In this document: in pieces, positions 8,227 to 17,289 of the stretch
Position numbering within the stretch: the first letter of the stretch is position 1
Layout: each line of letters opens with the position of its first letter
DNA from: an uncultured virus (IMG/VR IMGVR_UViG_3300034777_000432)
Taxonomy: Duplodnaviria; Heunggongvirae; Uroviricota; Caudoviricetes
Direction: 5' to 3' (one strand)
IMG/VR virus record: IMGVR_UViG_3300034777_000432
Length of the DNA: 64,000 bases
Position numbers and translations under genes: made by a program
Notes under the pieces: model-generated
What the model was told of the DNA's origin: nothing
Databases searched by the model: none
Seen by the model: only the letters and a program-made list of their open reading frames with translations

Positions 8227-8868
8227 TTAATTGGCTAATGGATTATCCAAAGCCCGTTGTAATTTTAGAGTTAATTCTTTCTCTAATACTTCCATTTGTT
8301 TTTCAAGAGATCTTCTTAAGTTCTCATTTTCTCTTTCGACCTTAGCTTCTAAATCTGTCATACGTGAATCATTTGAATTACGTAGACTATTTGCTTTCTT
8401 ATCATAGTCGTTAGATAATGAGTCTCTTTTATTTTCAAAACGTTCTTCAGCATTTTGAATAACATCTCTATTTTCTTCTTCTTGCGCTCTAATCTTATCA
8501 TCCATACGGTCTACTTGTTTTTCAATTCCAAGTATATCATCTCGTAGGCCTGATTTAATATCGCGTGTATATTCTATTGCTTCATCTATTCTTACTAAAG
8601 CTTCATTTAATTTGATAATTGTCTTATCATTTTCTGCCTGAATAGCTTCCACATCGATACTCTCTACAATTTCTTTCATAGCATTATAATCGTCGTAAAC
8701 TTTGAATGCTCCATATAAACCACCAAGTATAGTACTTAAAATGGCAAATAAAGCACCAATGGTCGTAGGTGTCAGAGTAATGCCAAATAGTTTAAACTTC
8801 TTATTCTTTAAGTTTTCGACCTCTTGTTCAAAATTTTCTATTCCTTCTCCAAGATCTTTGTCTGCCAT
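8227..8868 (-). CDS. Membrane-anchored coiled-coil protein
   Basis: One TM near N-terminus followed by long heptad-rich region. Confidence 0.7.
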   Translation of the reverse strand: MADKDLGEGIENFEQEVENLKNKKFKLFGITLTPTTIGALFAILSTILGGLYGAFKVYDDYNAMKEIVESIDVEAIQAENDKTIIKLNEALVRIDEAIEYTRDIKSGLRDDILGIEKQVDRMDDKIRAQEEENRDVIQNAEERFENKRDSLSNDYDKKANSLRNSNDSRMTDLEAKVERENENLRRSLEKQMEVLEKELTLKLQRALDNPLAN

Positions 8869-8881
8869 TTGATTATCCTAT

Positions 8882-9319
8882 TTAGTTTTCGAACTCTTCG
8901 CTATCACCGGATGCATTCAAACGTTTTAAAGCTTCTAATTCTTGTTGTAATTTAAGAACTTCTAGTCGCTTTTTTCTCAATTCCAATTGGTATAATGAGT
9001 TACAATTTATTCTTTCTTTTGGTTTATCGAGAGGAATGGTAATCCTAGCATAAACCCCTATATCTTTTTCTGTACGATCAAATGGATCTACCGATCCACC
9101 ACCGAATGGAGACTGATAATTATCAATAACTCCAGTCACACCAAACTCCAAGTTAGTAGCTCCACCAATAGAGTTCTTACAATCAAGATCTCCGGCTCGA
9201 ATACTATCTTGGCCATATGTCTGGCTAGTACCTGGCAAGTTAATGCCGATACCACTATTGCCATCAGCGTGAGCAGATCCTGCAACGCATAAAGCTAATA
9301 ACATCATATACTTTTTCAT
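8882..9319 (-). CDS. Exported hypothetical protein
   Basis: Sec signal (AHA), Cys pair, GVYARITIPL beta-strand, coiled-coil tail. Confidence 0.7.
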   Translation of the reverse strand: MKKYMMLLALCVAGSAHADGNSGIGINLPGTSQTYGQDSIRAGDLDCKNSIGGATNLEFGVTGVIDNYQSPFGGGSVDPFDRTEKDIGVYARITIPLDKPKERINCNSLYQLELRKKRLEVLKLQQELEALKRLNASGDSEEFEN

Positions 9320-9329
9320 TTTCTAACCT

Positions 9330-9716
9330 TTATTGTTTCACCCTTGAACAGATTCTAGATTTTACTGCCGTTCTTGTAATTTGCTTTTTTCTCAGTTTAG
9401 ACATTGAACATATAAAAGTTGCTCTTTTTTTATCTTCATTTCTTATATAAATCTCAACTGACACAGTGCTCAAATACGGTATCTTATAGATTTTGTAATT
9501 GGACACGAAAGCTATAGGTTCCCACTCTTCAGTGAACACTCCTACTTCATAATACTCTACTTCTGCTCTTTTATTAAAAATAGTCATAGTTGTCTTCTGC
9601 AACCCATCAATATGAGAAACACTCATCTTTGGATAAGTTGGTACCATCTCATGTGCATAGGCTGCAGAAGATATTAGTAATGCCATAGCGGCGATAATGT
9701 ATTTCATTTTAATCAT
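9330..9716 (-). CDS. Exported Ig-fold protein, PapD/fimbrial chaperone-like (tentative)
   Basis: Signal peptide AYA-HEMVPT, alternating beta pattern, Cys pair. Confidence 0.45.
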   Translation of the reverse strand: MIKMKYIIAAMALLISSAAYAHEMVPTYPKMSVSHIDGLQKTTMTIFNKRAEVEYYEVGVFTEEWEPIAFVSNYKIYKIPYLSTVSVEIYIRNEDKKRATFICSMSKLRKKQITRTAVKSRICSRVKQ

Positions 9717-9820
9717 AATCTTTTCATTTCGTTATTAGTGAGCTCTAGTTATGGACACCCAGGCCATCTTCTGCAACTTGCACCAGATGAACTACTGCCC
9801 GAACTACTGCCCCCGCCATT

Positions 9821-10342
9821 TCATTTAGCTATACAATCAGCCTGTACTAACGCAGTATAGTTACCACCTGGGAATGCTTTGTTACCACCCATAGTTGCTA
9901 CTGAACTTGTTTTAAACCAAGTTGAACCAGTTGCAGTTAGGTCATAACGATCCATCATTCCGAGTTCTACTTTACCAGACTCATAAGCGCCCATTGTAGT
10001 AGAATCTGAAACAGTTTTTACTTCAGTATCGCCAGTCCAAGTTACTTGATCTGGTAGTGAAGGTGCTGAACTGAATTCAGTAGGTGCAGTGATTTCTGCG
10101 TAGTAAGCATTTGCTAATGTAACATCAATACGAATTACTGCGTTTTCACCACCGTCTGCTGATGCAGTGGTAAGTGTATATGCATTCGGGTTACCATAAG
10201 TTCCCGCTGTATCTGTTTGAATGATGCAACGTGATTGAACGGTACCATTAATTGGTGTATCATTAGCTTGCGCTATTCCGGATTGTGCCGCTAACAAAAT
10301 TGTTAACGCCAGTCCTGTTGTTGTTATGTTTTTATTTAACAT
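9821..10342 (-). CDS. Exported pilin/fimbrial-subunit-like protein (tentative)
   Basis: Signal AQA; N-terminal INGTVQSRC strand; C-terminal GGNYTALVQADC; Thr/Ala/Gly-rich beta composition. Confidence 0.5.
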   Translation of the reverse strand: MLNKNITTTGLALTILLAAQSGIAQANDTPINGTVQSRCIIQTDTAGTYGNPNAYTLTTASADGGENAVIRIDVTLANAYYAEITAPTEFSSAPSLPDQVTWTGDTEVKTVSDSTTMGAYESGKVELGMMDRYDLTATGSTWFKTSSVATMGGNKAFPGGNYTALVQADCIAK

Positions 10343-10356
10343 GTTAACTCCTAATT

Positions 10357-11274
10357 TTATTTAGTTAAATTATATTGCATTGCAACCATTTGTTGATGTA
10401 ACAGTTGCTGCGCCAAACCGTTTCGTAAACCACTCTTTGCATCAGGTAAATCATTGTCGACTAATACTGCGGTATCTTTATAGACTCCACCCGGTATAGT
10501 CCTTTCAGTATATGAACGAATATTAAGTTGATTTGCATCTTTTAACTGAGCCGCGCTAAGTGCCAAGGCAAAAAGTTCTGCGCGTCCTGCTTCAAATAAT
10601 GCTTCTTCTTGTCGTTCATCTCTTTTATCTTCTTCATCGGCCTCTTTCTCAGCAAGTTCTTCTTCACTGAGTTCCTCGTCTTCATCAAATTCTTCTTCAT
10701 TTGGGTCCCATTGGACCTGTTCAGAGTCGCCCTCAGCGACAGCATCGTAAACATCTCCTAGATCAACCTCATATACTTCTGGCACTGGCGTTTTATAACC
10801 AGGACAGTTAGGGTCAAATTGTGGATCAAAACACGGTGTTACTTTATAAGTGTATACAACATTTGCATCAGTAACAGATCCATTTCCTTCAACCTCTATA
10901 CTTCCATCTCCCCATAATGCTCTAGGAAGATTACCTACAGGAACAGCTTTTTGAATTTGCGTTCCCGCCAAAGATCCAGGTTTCCAGTCATCTCTTTCTC
11001 TGAAGATATAACCTTCGCCTGCTCCTTCGGCAAATTCGTTTTGGACGTAAACAGTAACCCATTCGCCCGTTTCTTTTTGTATTCTATAACTGTATATAAC
11101 ATTTTGTATATCCAGTCCAGGTGTACCATCAGGCAGAACATTGCCCATCGACCATCTTAAACTCTGATCTGTAATAGCGTTACCCGTGTATCCGTAATAC
11201 GGGGCTATGCTATCAGAGTAAGAGTAAGAAGGCCAAAAGCCCAGCGCCAATAGCAGGAGCAGCTTTTTCCGCAT
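10357..11274 (-). CDS. Exported protein with acidic stalk
   Basis: Signal peptide, beta domain, CFDPQFDPNCPGY motif, Glu-rich segment. Confidence 0.7.
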   Translation of the reverse strand: MRKKLLLLLALGFWPSYSYSDSIAPYYGYTGNAITDQSLRWSMGNVLPDGTPGLDIQNVIYSYRIQKETGEWVTVYVQNEFAEGAGEGYIFRERDDWKPGSLAGTQIQKAVPVGNLPRALWGDGSIEVEGNGSVTDANVVYTYKVTPCFDPQFDPNCPGYKTPVPEVYEVDLGDVYDAVAEGDSEQVQWDPNEEEFDEDEELSEEELAEKEADEEDKRDERQEEALFEAGRAELFALALSAAQLKDANQLNIRSYTERTIPGGVYKDTAVLVDNDLPDAKSGLRNGLAQQLLHQQMVAMQYNLTK

Positions 11275-11782
11275 CTATAGGTCCCATCCCTTTTAATTCT
11301 CGTTCGGTTTCTTCTACGTGAGATTCCCATCCCAACTTAGCAGCCTCTCCGATTTGTCCATCATACGGGCATGGTGTTCCGGCTTGCATCATAGCGTCGA
11401 ATACGCCTTTATCCTGACACATTACTGATACCGCAGCAACTTTCATTCCCATATCATATAATACTTTTGCGTTCTTTAATCTCTGGCAGTTTTCTTCTGT
11501 AAAAGTCCCGCCTCCCGAGATACCTAAAATTTGTGTTTGTACAGCTGCAGACACGCCAATAGTACACAGATCAGAATTATTCCCTGCGCTAAATTGTGGT
11601 GCAATTGCACTTGGTGGTGTTTGCTTAATAGTGGTGGTCATATTCCCGTCAGTAGTAATCGTACTATCATTGTTTGACTTTGTACAAACATAACCTTCCG
11701 GGCATTCTGCATCCTGTGCAGCAGCGCCATTAGCAAATATCAATAACATTAAGCTGACAGCAGCTATAGCTATATTTCTCAT
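11213..11782 (-). CDS. Exported Cys-rich protein with C-terminal membrane anchor
   Basis: Likely start MRNIAIAAV at 11782; PPSAIAP, CQRLK, AGTPCP motifs; late promoter (TATTTATA on +) at 11823-11830. Confidence 0.7.
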   Translation of the reverse strand: MRNIAIAAVSLMLLIFANGAAAQDAECPEGYVCTKSNNDSTITTDGNMTTTIKQTPPSAIAPQFSAGNNSDLCTIGVSAAVQTQILGISGGGTFTEENCQRLKNAKVLYDMGMKVAAVSVMCQDKGVFDAMMQAGTPCPYDGQIGEAAKLGWESHVEETERELKGMGPIDAEKAAPAIGAGLLAFLLLL

Positions 11783-11910
11783 TTCATTTCTCCAGTAGTA
11801 TAACTTCATAATGCTTACATTATATTTATAATTCAAATCTTTCCACATGATAAATAAGTGTATTGCACTCATATAGTGACAATCATAAAACACTTTTAAA
11901 GGAACAAACC

Positions 11911-12414
11911 ATGAATATTAACGAATATGACGTCAAAGTACTTAAAGTAATTGACGGTGATACTGTAGATGTAGATATTGATCTTGGCTTCGGTATTACA
12001 TTAACAGATGAAAGAGTACGTATTATGGGTATTGATACCCCAGAGTCTCGTACATCAGATAAAGTAGAAGATCTATTTGGAGAAGCGGCTAAACTCAGAT
12101 TAAAGCAGCTTATGAAAAATGGCGGTAAACTTATCACCACCGAAGATAGAAAAGGTGAGGATATGAAAGGCAAGTTTGGTCGTGTTTTAGGCGATTTTAA
12201 AGTAGAATATAACGGTGAAATGAAAAAAGTAACTGAAATAATGGCTGAAGAAGGTCATTGTGTACCATATTTTGGTGGTTCTAAAGAAGAAACTCAAGCT
12301 GCTCATATGAAAAACCGTACTCGATTACTTAAAGAAGGCTTAGTTTCTCAAGATAAGTATGACAAAGCTGTTATTAAAATGGAAAAGAAACGAGCAAAAG
12401 AAGCTAAAAAATAA
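11911..12414 (+). CDS. Thermonuclease (SNase-like) family nuclease
   Basis: [25 protein letters not shown]. Confidence 0.88.
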   Translation: MNINEYDVKVLKVIDGDTVDVDIDLGFGITLTDERVRIMGIDTPESRTSDKVEDLFGEAAKLRLKQLMKNGGKLITTEDRKGEDMKGKFGRVLGDFKVEYNGEMKKVTEIMAEEGHCVPYFGGSKEETQAAHMKNRTRLLKEGLVSQDKYDKAVIKMEKKRAKEAKK

Positions 12415-12415
12415 T

Positions 12416-12736
12416 ATGATTACTATGTCTCCAACAGCTGAAGAGCACGTTACTAAAGCTTTATCTGCTCGTAATAAAGGCGCAGGTATTCGGCTTGGTG
12501 TAACTACTACCGGATGCTCTGGTCTTGCATATGTAATAGAATTTGTCGATATACCACAAGACGATGATTTAGTATTTAAATGCGGAGAGATAGATGTATT
12601 TGTAGATCCTAAGAGTAATGTATATCTCAAAGGAACACAGCTCGATTTTGTTAGAAACGGATTAAACGAGGGATTTGAATTTAAGAATCCAAATGTACAG
12701 GCCGAATGCGGGTGTGGTGAAAGTTTTACTGTTTAA
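12416..12736 (+). CDS. iscA: Iron-sulfur cluster assembly protein IscA/HesB
   Basis: TGCSGLAY and [14 protein letters not shown] motifs. Confidence 0.92.
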   Translation: MITMSPTAEEHVTKALSARNKGAGIRLGVTTTGCSGLAYVIEFVDIPQDDDLVFKCGEIDVFVDPKSNVYLKGTQLDFVRNGLNEGFEFKNPNVQAECGCGESFTV

Positions 12737-12749
12737 TTGAAATTAACAG

Positions 12750-12778
12750 TTGACATTTGCTGCAGAATGTTATATAAT
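12750..12778 (+). promoter_or_regulatory. Sigma70-type early promoter
   Basis: TTGACA-N17-TATAAT, AATTAACAG upstream. Confidence 0.85.
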
Positions 12779-12810
12779 ATATCCATACTAGTTAAAAAGG
12801 ATGTTGCCCT

Positions 12811-13245
12811 ATGAACATAGTATTAGTTGAAGGTGGTAAAGCCAAAGAAAGAGAATTGGTAGAAAAGGTAGCATGTTGGTGCGTCAACAAACTTATGCCA
12901 AGATTCAGTACTTTGGATATTGAGATTACAATTAAGAAATTCAATACAGGAGCATATGGTTATTGTCTCGAAGGTGACACAAAGAGAGAATTTCATTTAG
13001 ACATTAAAAAAGGTCTAAGCCTGTATGACTTAGTTAGTACGGTATGCCACGAAATGGTTCATGTAAAGCAGTATGCAAAGGGGCAACTCCTACATAGATC
13101 TGACGGAAGTCAAATGTGGAAAAAAGATCCTTCAATACGTGAAGGAAAAACAAAGTATGAAAATACACCTTGGGAAGCAGAAGCTTTTGGATTAGAAGAT
13201 GAACTTGCCAAAGAATGTTTTGAACAAATTAATTTTAATTTTTAG
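12811..13245 (+). CDS. HExxH zincin-like putative metallopeptidase
   Basis: TVCHEMVHVKQY, PWEAEA. Confidence 0.75.
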   Translation: MNIVLVEGGKAKERELVEKVACWCVNKLMPRFSTLDIEITIKKFNTGAYGYCLEGDTKREFHLDIKKGLSLYDLVSTVCHEMVHVKQYAKGQLLHRSDGSQMWKKDPSIREGKTKYENTPWEAEAFGLEDELAKECFEQINFNF

Positions 13246-13256
13246 TGAATTAATTG

Positions 13257-13285
13257 TTGACATTTATAAATAACTGTATTATATT
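13257..13285 (+). promoter_or_regulatory. Nested early and late promoter
   Basis: TTGACA-N17-TATATT with TATAAATA (13265-13272) in the spacer. Confidence 0.6.
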
Positions 13286-13310
13286 ATAACTTAAATAAGG
13301 AATTAAACAA

Positions 13311-13619
13311 ATGTCGTCTGAAGATTTAACAAGTCTATCATTAGAAAGACTAAACGAATTAATGGTAGAAATGGGTGAATCAGTAACTCTATTAAGTTCT
13401 TCATTTTTAGAGCTTAATGCCTCTGATGAAGCTCAATATGAAGTTACACATTTTTCTCCTGTAACTGGTGGAAATGTACAAAATCATGTCTTTGTAGATC
13501 TTGATTTACAAGGTGATATTGAATTAGTTTTTAATGATATTGAAGAAGGTGATATGTGGCTGCGACGTACTGAGGAAGAAATTGCCGAAGAACAATCAGC
13601 AGGATCGCCTGGTCAATAG
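13311..13619 (+). CDS. Acidic hypothetical protein
   Basis: AAGGA RBS, 102-aa ORF. Confidence 0.6.
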   Translation: MSSEDLTSLSLERLNELMVEMGESVTLLSSSFLELNASDEAQYEVTHFSPVTGGNVQNHVFVDLDLQGDIELVFNDIEEGDMWLRRTEEEIAEEQSAGSPGQ

Positions 13620-13624
13620 AATAT

Positions 13625-13821
13625 CTCTGCGACCAGCCTAAGACCAAAAATATTGGGTCAAGCGCAAACTACGCAGAGCGGCTAAGATAAGTTAGGCTGT
13701 TAATTATCTTAGACCGAAACCTAGGTAACGGCCTATACCTGTATTGCCCGTCGGTACAGGAATAAATCAAATGCTATTCGGAACAAGCAATCACCGAAAG
13801 TATAGGGCGGGCCAAATTACC
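13625..13821 (+). ncRNA. ~200-nt multi-stem pseudoknotted RNA in groES leader (possibly manA-like)
   Basis: CTCTGCG/CGCAGAG, CTAAGATAA/TTATCTTAG, loop-loop CAGCCTAA/TTAGGCTG, CCTATAC/GTATAGG, CCTGTATTG/CGGTACAGG, TTCGG/CCGAA, GGTAA/TTACC. Confidence 0.65.
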
Positions 13822-13841
13822 CACATACATTATGGAGACTT

Positions 13842-14102
13842 ATGAATCCCACAAAACGTAACGTGCTAGTAGTAGATGCTGGCGAAGATACGAAAACCAC
13901 AGCAGGTGGTATTATTCTACAAACAACAGTTGAAACAGGATCTAAACCAGGATTTGTTTTAGCGGTTGGTCCACAAGTTGAATGCGTTAAACCCAAAGAT
14001 AGAGTTGCTTTAGACTGGGGCAAAGGAATGCCGATAACAGTAAAAGGCGAAAAAGCTATACTGATAAATGAAGATTTTATTTTAGGTGTATATAACGAGT
14101 AA
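13842..14102 (+). CDS. groES: Co-chaperonin GroES (gp31-like)
   Basis: TTAGGIIL mobile loop, VLAVGP, EDFILG. Confidence 0.85.
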   Translation: MNPTKRNVLVVDAGEDTKTTAGGIILQTTVETGSKPGFVLAVGPQVECVKPKDRVALDWGKGMPITVKGEKAILINEDFILGVYNE

Positions 14103-14103
14103 C

Positions 14104-14141
14104 AAATAGGGAAGCTATTGATTTAGCCTCCCTATTTTTTT
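14104..14141. terminator. Intrinsic (probably bidirectional) terminator
   Basis: AAATAGGGA...TCCCTATTT hairpin plus T-run between convergent genes. Confidence 0.7.
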
Positions 14142-14146
14142 AATTC

Positions 14147-14476
14147 TTAACTTTTGTTCTTGATAGCGTCAGCACCAAAGAATGCTGCAACTAATGCTGA
14201 AATAGCAATAAAGTATGTTGGAGCAATATCTCCTACAATACCTGCCGCTTCATCTAAGCCTAAAAATGACGTTGCTACGATTGCAAACGGATATAATAAC
14301 ATTCCGAATAAAGCAAACCAAGTCATTTTACGCATAGCATCGCGTTGAGCGTCAGCATCTTCCATTTCTTTACGCTTAAACTCTAGGTGCATTGCCATTT
14401 CTTCTTTAGAAATGTGGCCGTCACCGTTAGCGTCCATGCCTTCAACTGCATCAGCGTCGATTGTTTTCTTTGCCAT
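14147..14476 (-). CDS. EF-hand plus two-TM membrane protein (holin-like candidate)
   Basis: DANGDGHISKEE EF-hand loop, two TM helices; late promoter on - at 14538-14545. Confidence 0.6.
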   Translation of the reverse strand: MAKKTIDADAVEGMDANGDGHISKEEMAMHLEFKRKEMEDADAQRDAMRKMTWFALFGMLLYPFAIVATSFLGLDEAAGIVGDIAPTYFIAISALVAAFFGADAIKNKS

Positions 14477-14537
14477 TAGTAATTCTCCTAATAAAATATA
14501 AAATTATTTAACATAACAAAGCTCGACTCAATAAGAA

Positions 14538-14549
14538 TATTTATAAATA
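14538..14549. promoter_or_regulatory. Overlapping bidirectional late promoters
   Basis: TATTTATAAATA contains TATAAATA on both strands between divergent genes. Confidence 0.65.
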
Positions 14550-14591
14550 GAAATAACACAACGCTAATAGTCAATTTAAGGAGAGACGAAG

Positions 14592-14783
14592 ATGGCAATC
14601 AAAGTATCAGGCAACACTATCATTAGTGATACACGAGAACTCAATAATATTACGGGTTCCGATACAGGCACAAATACGGTAATCAATGACGCAATTGCTG
14701 CGCAAAACAACATTCTCACAATTTATGATTCAAATAACGCTGTAGTTAGAACTTTATATTGTGGCATTGCTGCTGCACCTTAA
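14592..14783 (+). CDS. Small virion/tail-fibre attachment-like protein
   Basis: MAIKVSGNTIISDTREL resembles N-terminal anchor motifs of marine T4-like fibre proteins; late promoter upstream. Confidence 0.5.
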   Translation: MAIKVSGNTIISDTRELNNITGSDTGTNTVINDAIAAQNNILTIYDSNNAVVRTLYCGIAAAP

Positions 14784-14807
14784 TTATTTAACCAGTGAGG
14801 AATCAAA

Positions 14808-17279
14808 ATGGCTGTAAGAAGACCCGTATACCTGTTTGCTGATCCAAACGGGGTCCCAGTAACATCAAATTTTTATGAATATACCGATGCTTATATGGAA
14901 GATATTCTTTCATTTGCGTCTTATGTTCATGCCCAAGATCCAGCAGTAAAACTCGAATGTAATACTGCAAACGGTACTCAGATGCCGAATCAAAACTTTA
15001 CTGACACATATTATATTGCTGGTGCATCAACAACTCGAGTAGATAGATTTTCTACTGAAGCTGAAACACCAAACATTTCTATGTCAACAGACGTATATAA
15101 CAGAATACGTGTTATTGATAACCAAGGTACATTACCTACATCTGATACAAACAATCTAGAATATCCGCTATATCTAACGAGCCAGAGTCCAAGACAACTT
15201 AGGGCAATGACACGCCAAGACTTTATTGATACATTTGTTACACCTGCTTTACCTATGTGGGGTGGAGCAACTGCAAATGAACAAGGCGGTACATATTTCT
15301 TATCAACATCCGCAACTCCTGCAAATGCTACAATTATTGGATCAGTTCCTGTTGCAACAAACTCTGTTGCTAACCTAAGCGCATATTCATCGGGTGGAAT
15401 CGGAGAAACACCAAAGCAAACAACTGATATTGATTACTGGCTTGCTAAAGTTGATTATCCTGCTACTGAATTTGATCCTATGGAAGCATCTTTACCACTC
15501 TATTTTGATGCTGGTACTGAAACAATTAAAGCTCATACTCTTGCATCTTGGACTGCGTTATTGGGTCCTTTCTTAAGATATTATCTTGGTGGTGGCGATC
15601 CAAACGTTGAAATTTCATACAATATTAATGGCGCTGGTACAACCCAAGGTGCGATCTTTACAGATTCACGCCGTACTCCAACAGGTACAGGTTATACTAC
15701 AAGATTTGTTAACGCAAACGATTATCGAACTCAAGAATTTCCTACTGGCACAGAAAGTACAGTAGCTGGAACTGAGAAAAGATTGAAAATAGTTTATGGA
15801 GCAACACCTGTAATTACATTAAGTGGTACTTCAGCAAATCCAAACAGATTTATAGCATACGGTCCATTCGGAACTGAATCAATTGGTACAAATCAATATA
15901 CTACTAATGCTTCGCCAGTAGGTGAAGGTAATTATTCTTGGTATTTTGCTCAAGGAGATATGGAATCGTGGGATAACAACTGGAGATTAGAAGTTAAATA
16001 TAATGGTGTTACAGTATTTGAGTCGGGTACCGCCGGCGGATTTGATTATACTACTTCTGAGAAAAATCTTCTAGGCTCTGTTGTCGATCCAAACACCGGC
16101 ACTACGTATACTCGAGGCGCTCAACGCGGCTCAAGCACAATAGGTTATGCCGGTGAAGCGACAACATATTTATCAGATGAAGTTGCTTCTGAATCATATG
16201 AAGTTGCACAAAATACTACGTCTTGGAGCTTAATAAACGGATTTAAATTTACCGCAGCTGGTAATGTTGAAAAAGATGGTAATGATTACGACGCAACTCG
16301 AATTGCAGGCGGAATTAATCCTGGTGAATGGAGTAACATTATTCCTACGGGTAACTATTGGATAAGAGTTACTGATGATACTGCCGCAACTAATACCGGC
16401 ACAGCAAGATCTCCAGCATCCGGTGATAACTATACTGCGTCTGGACCATCTCAATACAGTTGGGTATTGAATAATAATAATATTACTGTTACTTGGAATG
16501 GTGATGTAATTTGGAATAAAGATTATTATCCTACATCAGAAGCATTAGCAACTGCATCTATCTTTATTGGTGACAGGCGATACGAAAGAGGTAACCTGCA
16601 AACAACAAACAATTATGGAGTATTCTACCAAGAAATTGGTGCAGATAGATATACTCCTACTAATGGTACTCTTGGATCTTGGACTTCGCTTGGCACAGAT
16701 CAAACAATTAACTGGAGTTCTACCGATGCTGAAGGATCGTATGGATCTCGATTTACACAAATTAAAGTAGAAATTGCTGACGATGCAGCTGGATCTAATA
16801 TTGTAGCTACTGGTTATTATAAAGTTAACTGGCATGGACAACAATTGATATTAGTAAATCTTGACGGTGCACTTACAGCGACAGCAAATAGTAACGGATT
16901 AAGCGGAAGCTGTAGTGCAAGGCTTGATTGGAACGCTACTACTGTTGCACCATCAGCATTGGGTAATCCAGGCTCGTCTTCTGCTTCTTATGACTGGATA
17001 GAGAATTCTGGAACTGCTTCAGATTATGAAGTAAGATTTACTTATTCTACTACAATGACTGGCGGCGGAAGTGTTTCTGGCACAGTCAACGGAGTTAGTG
17101 GAGTACCAGCATCTGGAACTTGGTATCCTGCAGAAAACACGCATGCAATACGTGTTTCTGATTCTGGAACCGATCCTGATTCTTCATTCGCAAGTGGTTC
17201 TGTATCTATTAGAGACCAAGCATCTGGAACAATATTAGCAACACGAGCGTTTTCAATTACAGCGAACAATGATCCATAA
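14808..17279 (+). CDS. Virion structural / tail-fibre-like protein (823 aa)
   Basis: MAVRRP N-terminus, G/S/T/N-rich beta modules, repeated VxYNG/WNG...YxRG modules, late operon. Confidence 0.65.
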   Translation: MAVRRPVYLFADPNGVPVTSNFYEYTDAYMEDILSFASYVHAQDPAVKLECNTANGTQMPNQNFTDTYYIAGASTTRVDRFSTEAETPNISMSTDVYNRIRVIDNQGTLPTSDTNNLEYPLYLTSQSPRQLRAMTRQDFIDTFVTPALPMWGGATANEQGGTYFLSTSATPANATIIGSVPVATNSVANLSAYSSGGIGETPKQTTDIDYWLAKVDYPATEFDPMEASLPLYFDAGTETIKAHTLASWTALLGPFLRYYLGGGDPNVEISYNINGAGTTQGAIFTDSRRTPTGTGYTTRFVNANDYRTQEFPTGTESTVAGTEKRLKIVYGATPVITLSGTSANPNRFIAYGPFGTESIGTNQYTTNASPVGEGNYSWYFAQGDMESWDNNWRLEVKYNGVTVFESGTAGGFDYTTSEKNLLGSVVDPNTGTTYTRGAQRGSSTIGYAGEATTYLSDEVASESYEVAQNTTSWSLINGFKFTAAGNVEKDGNDYDATRIAGGINPGEWSNIIPTGNYWIRVTDDTAATNTGTARSPASGDNYTASGPSQYSWVLNNNNITVTWNGDVIWNKDYYPTSEALATASIFIGDRRYERGNLQTTNNYGVFYQEIGADRYTPTNGTLGSWTSLGTDQTINWSSTDAEGSYGSRFTQIKVEIADDAAGSNIVATGYYKVNWHGQQLILVNLDGALTATANSNGLSGSCSARLDWNATTVAPSALGNPGSSSASYDWIENSGTASDYEVRFTYSTTMTGGGSVSGTVNGVSGVPASGTWYPAENTHAIRVSDSGTDPDSSFASGSVSIRDQASGTILATRAFSITANNDP

Positions 17280-17289
17280 GGAGTAGATA

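Noticed and set aside
14592..14783. RiPP precursor peptide for the radical SAM/SPASM enzymes
   Set aside because: Its N-terminus looks like a fibre-anchoring motif, and no leader/core pattern, RRE or transporter is evident
14783..14808. Read-through joining 14592 and 14808 (same frame)
   Set aside because: A second in-frame stop (TGA) intervenes and 14808 has its own GAGGA RBS
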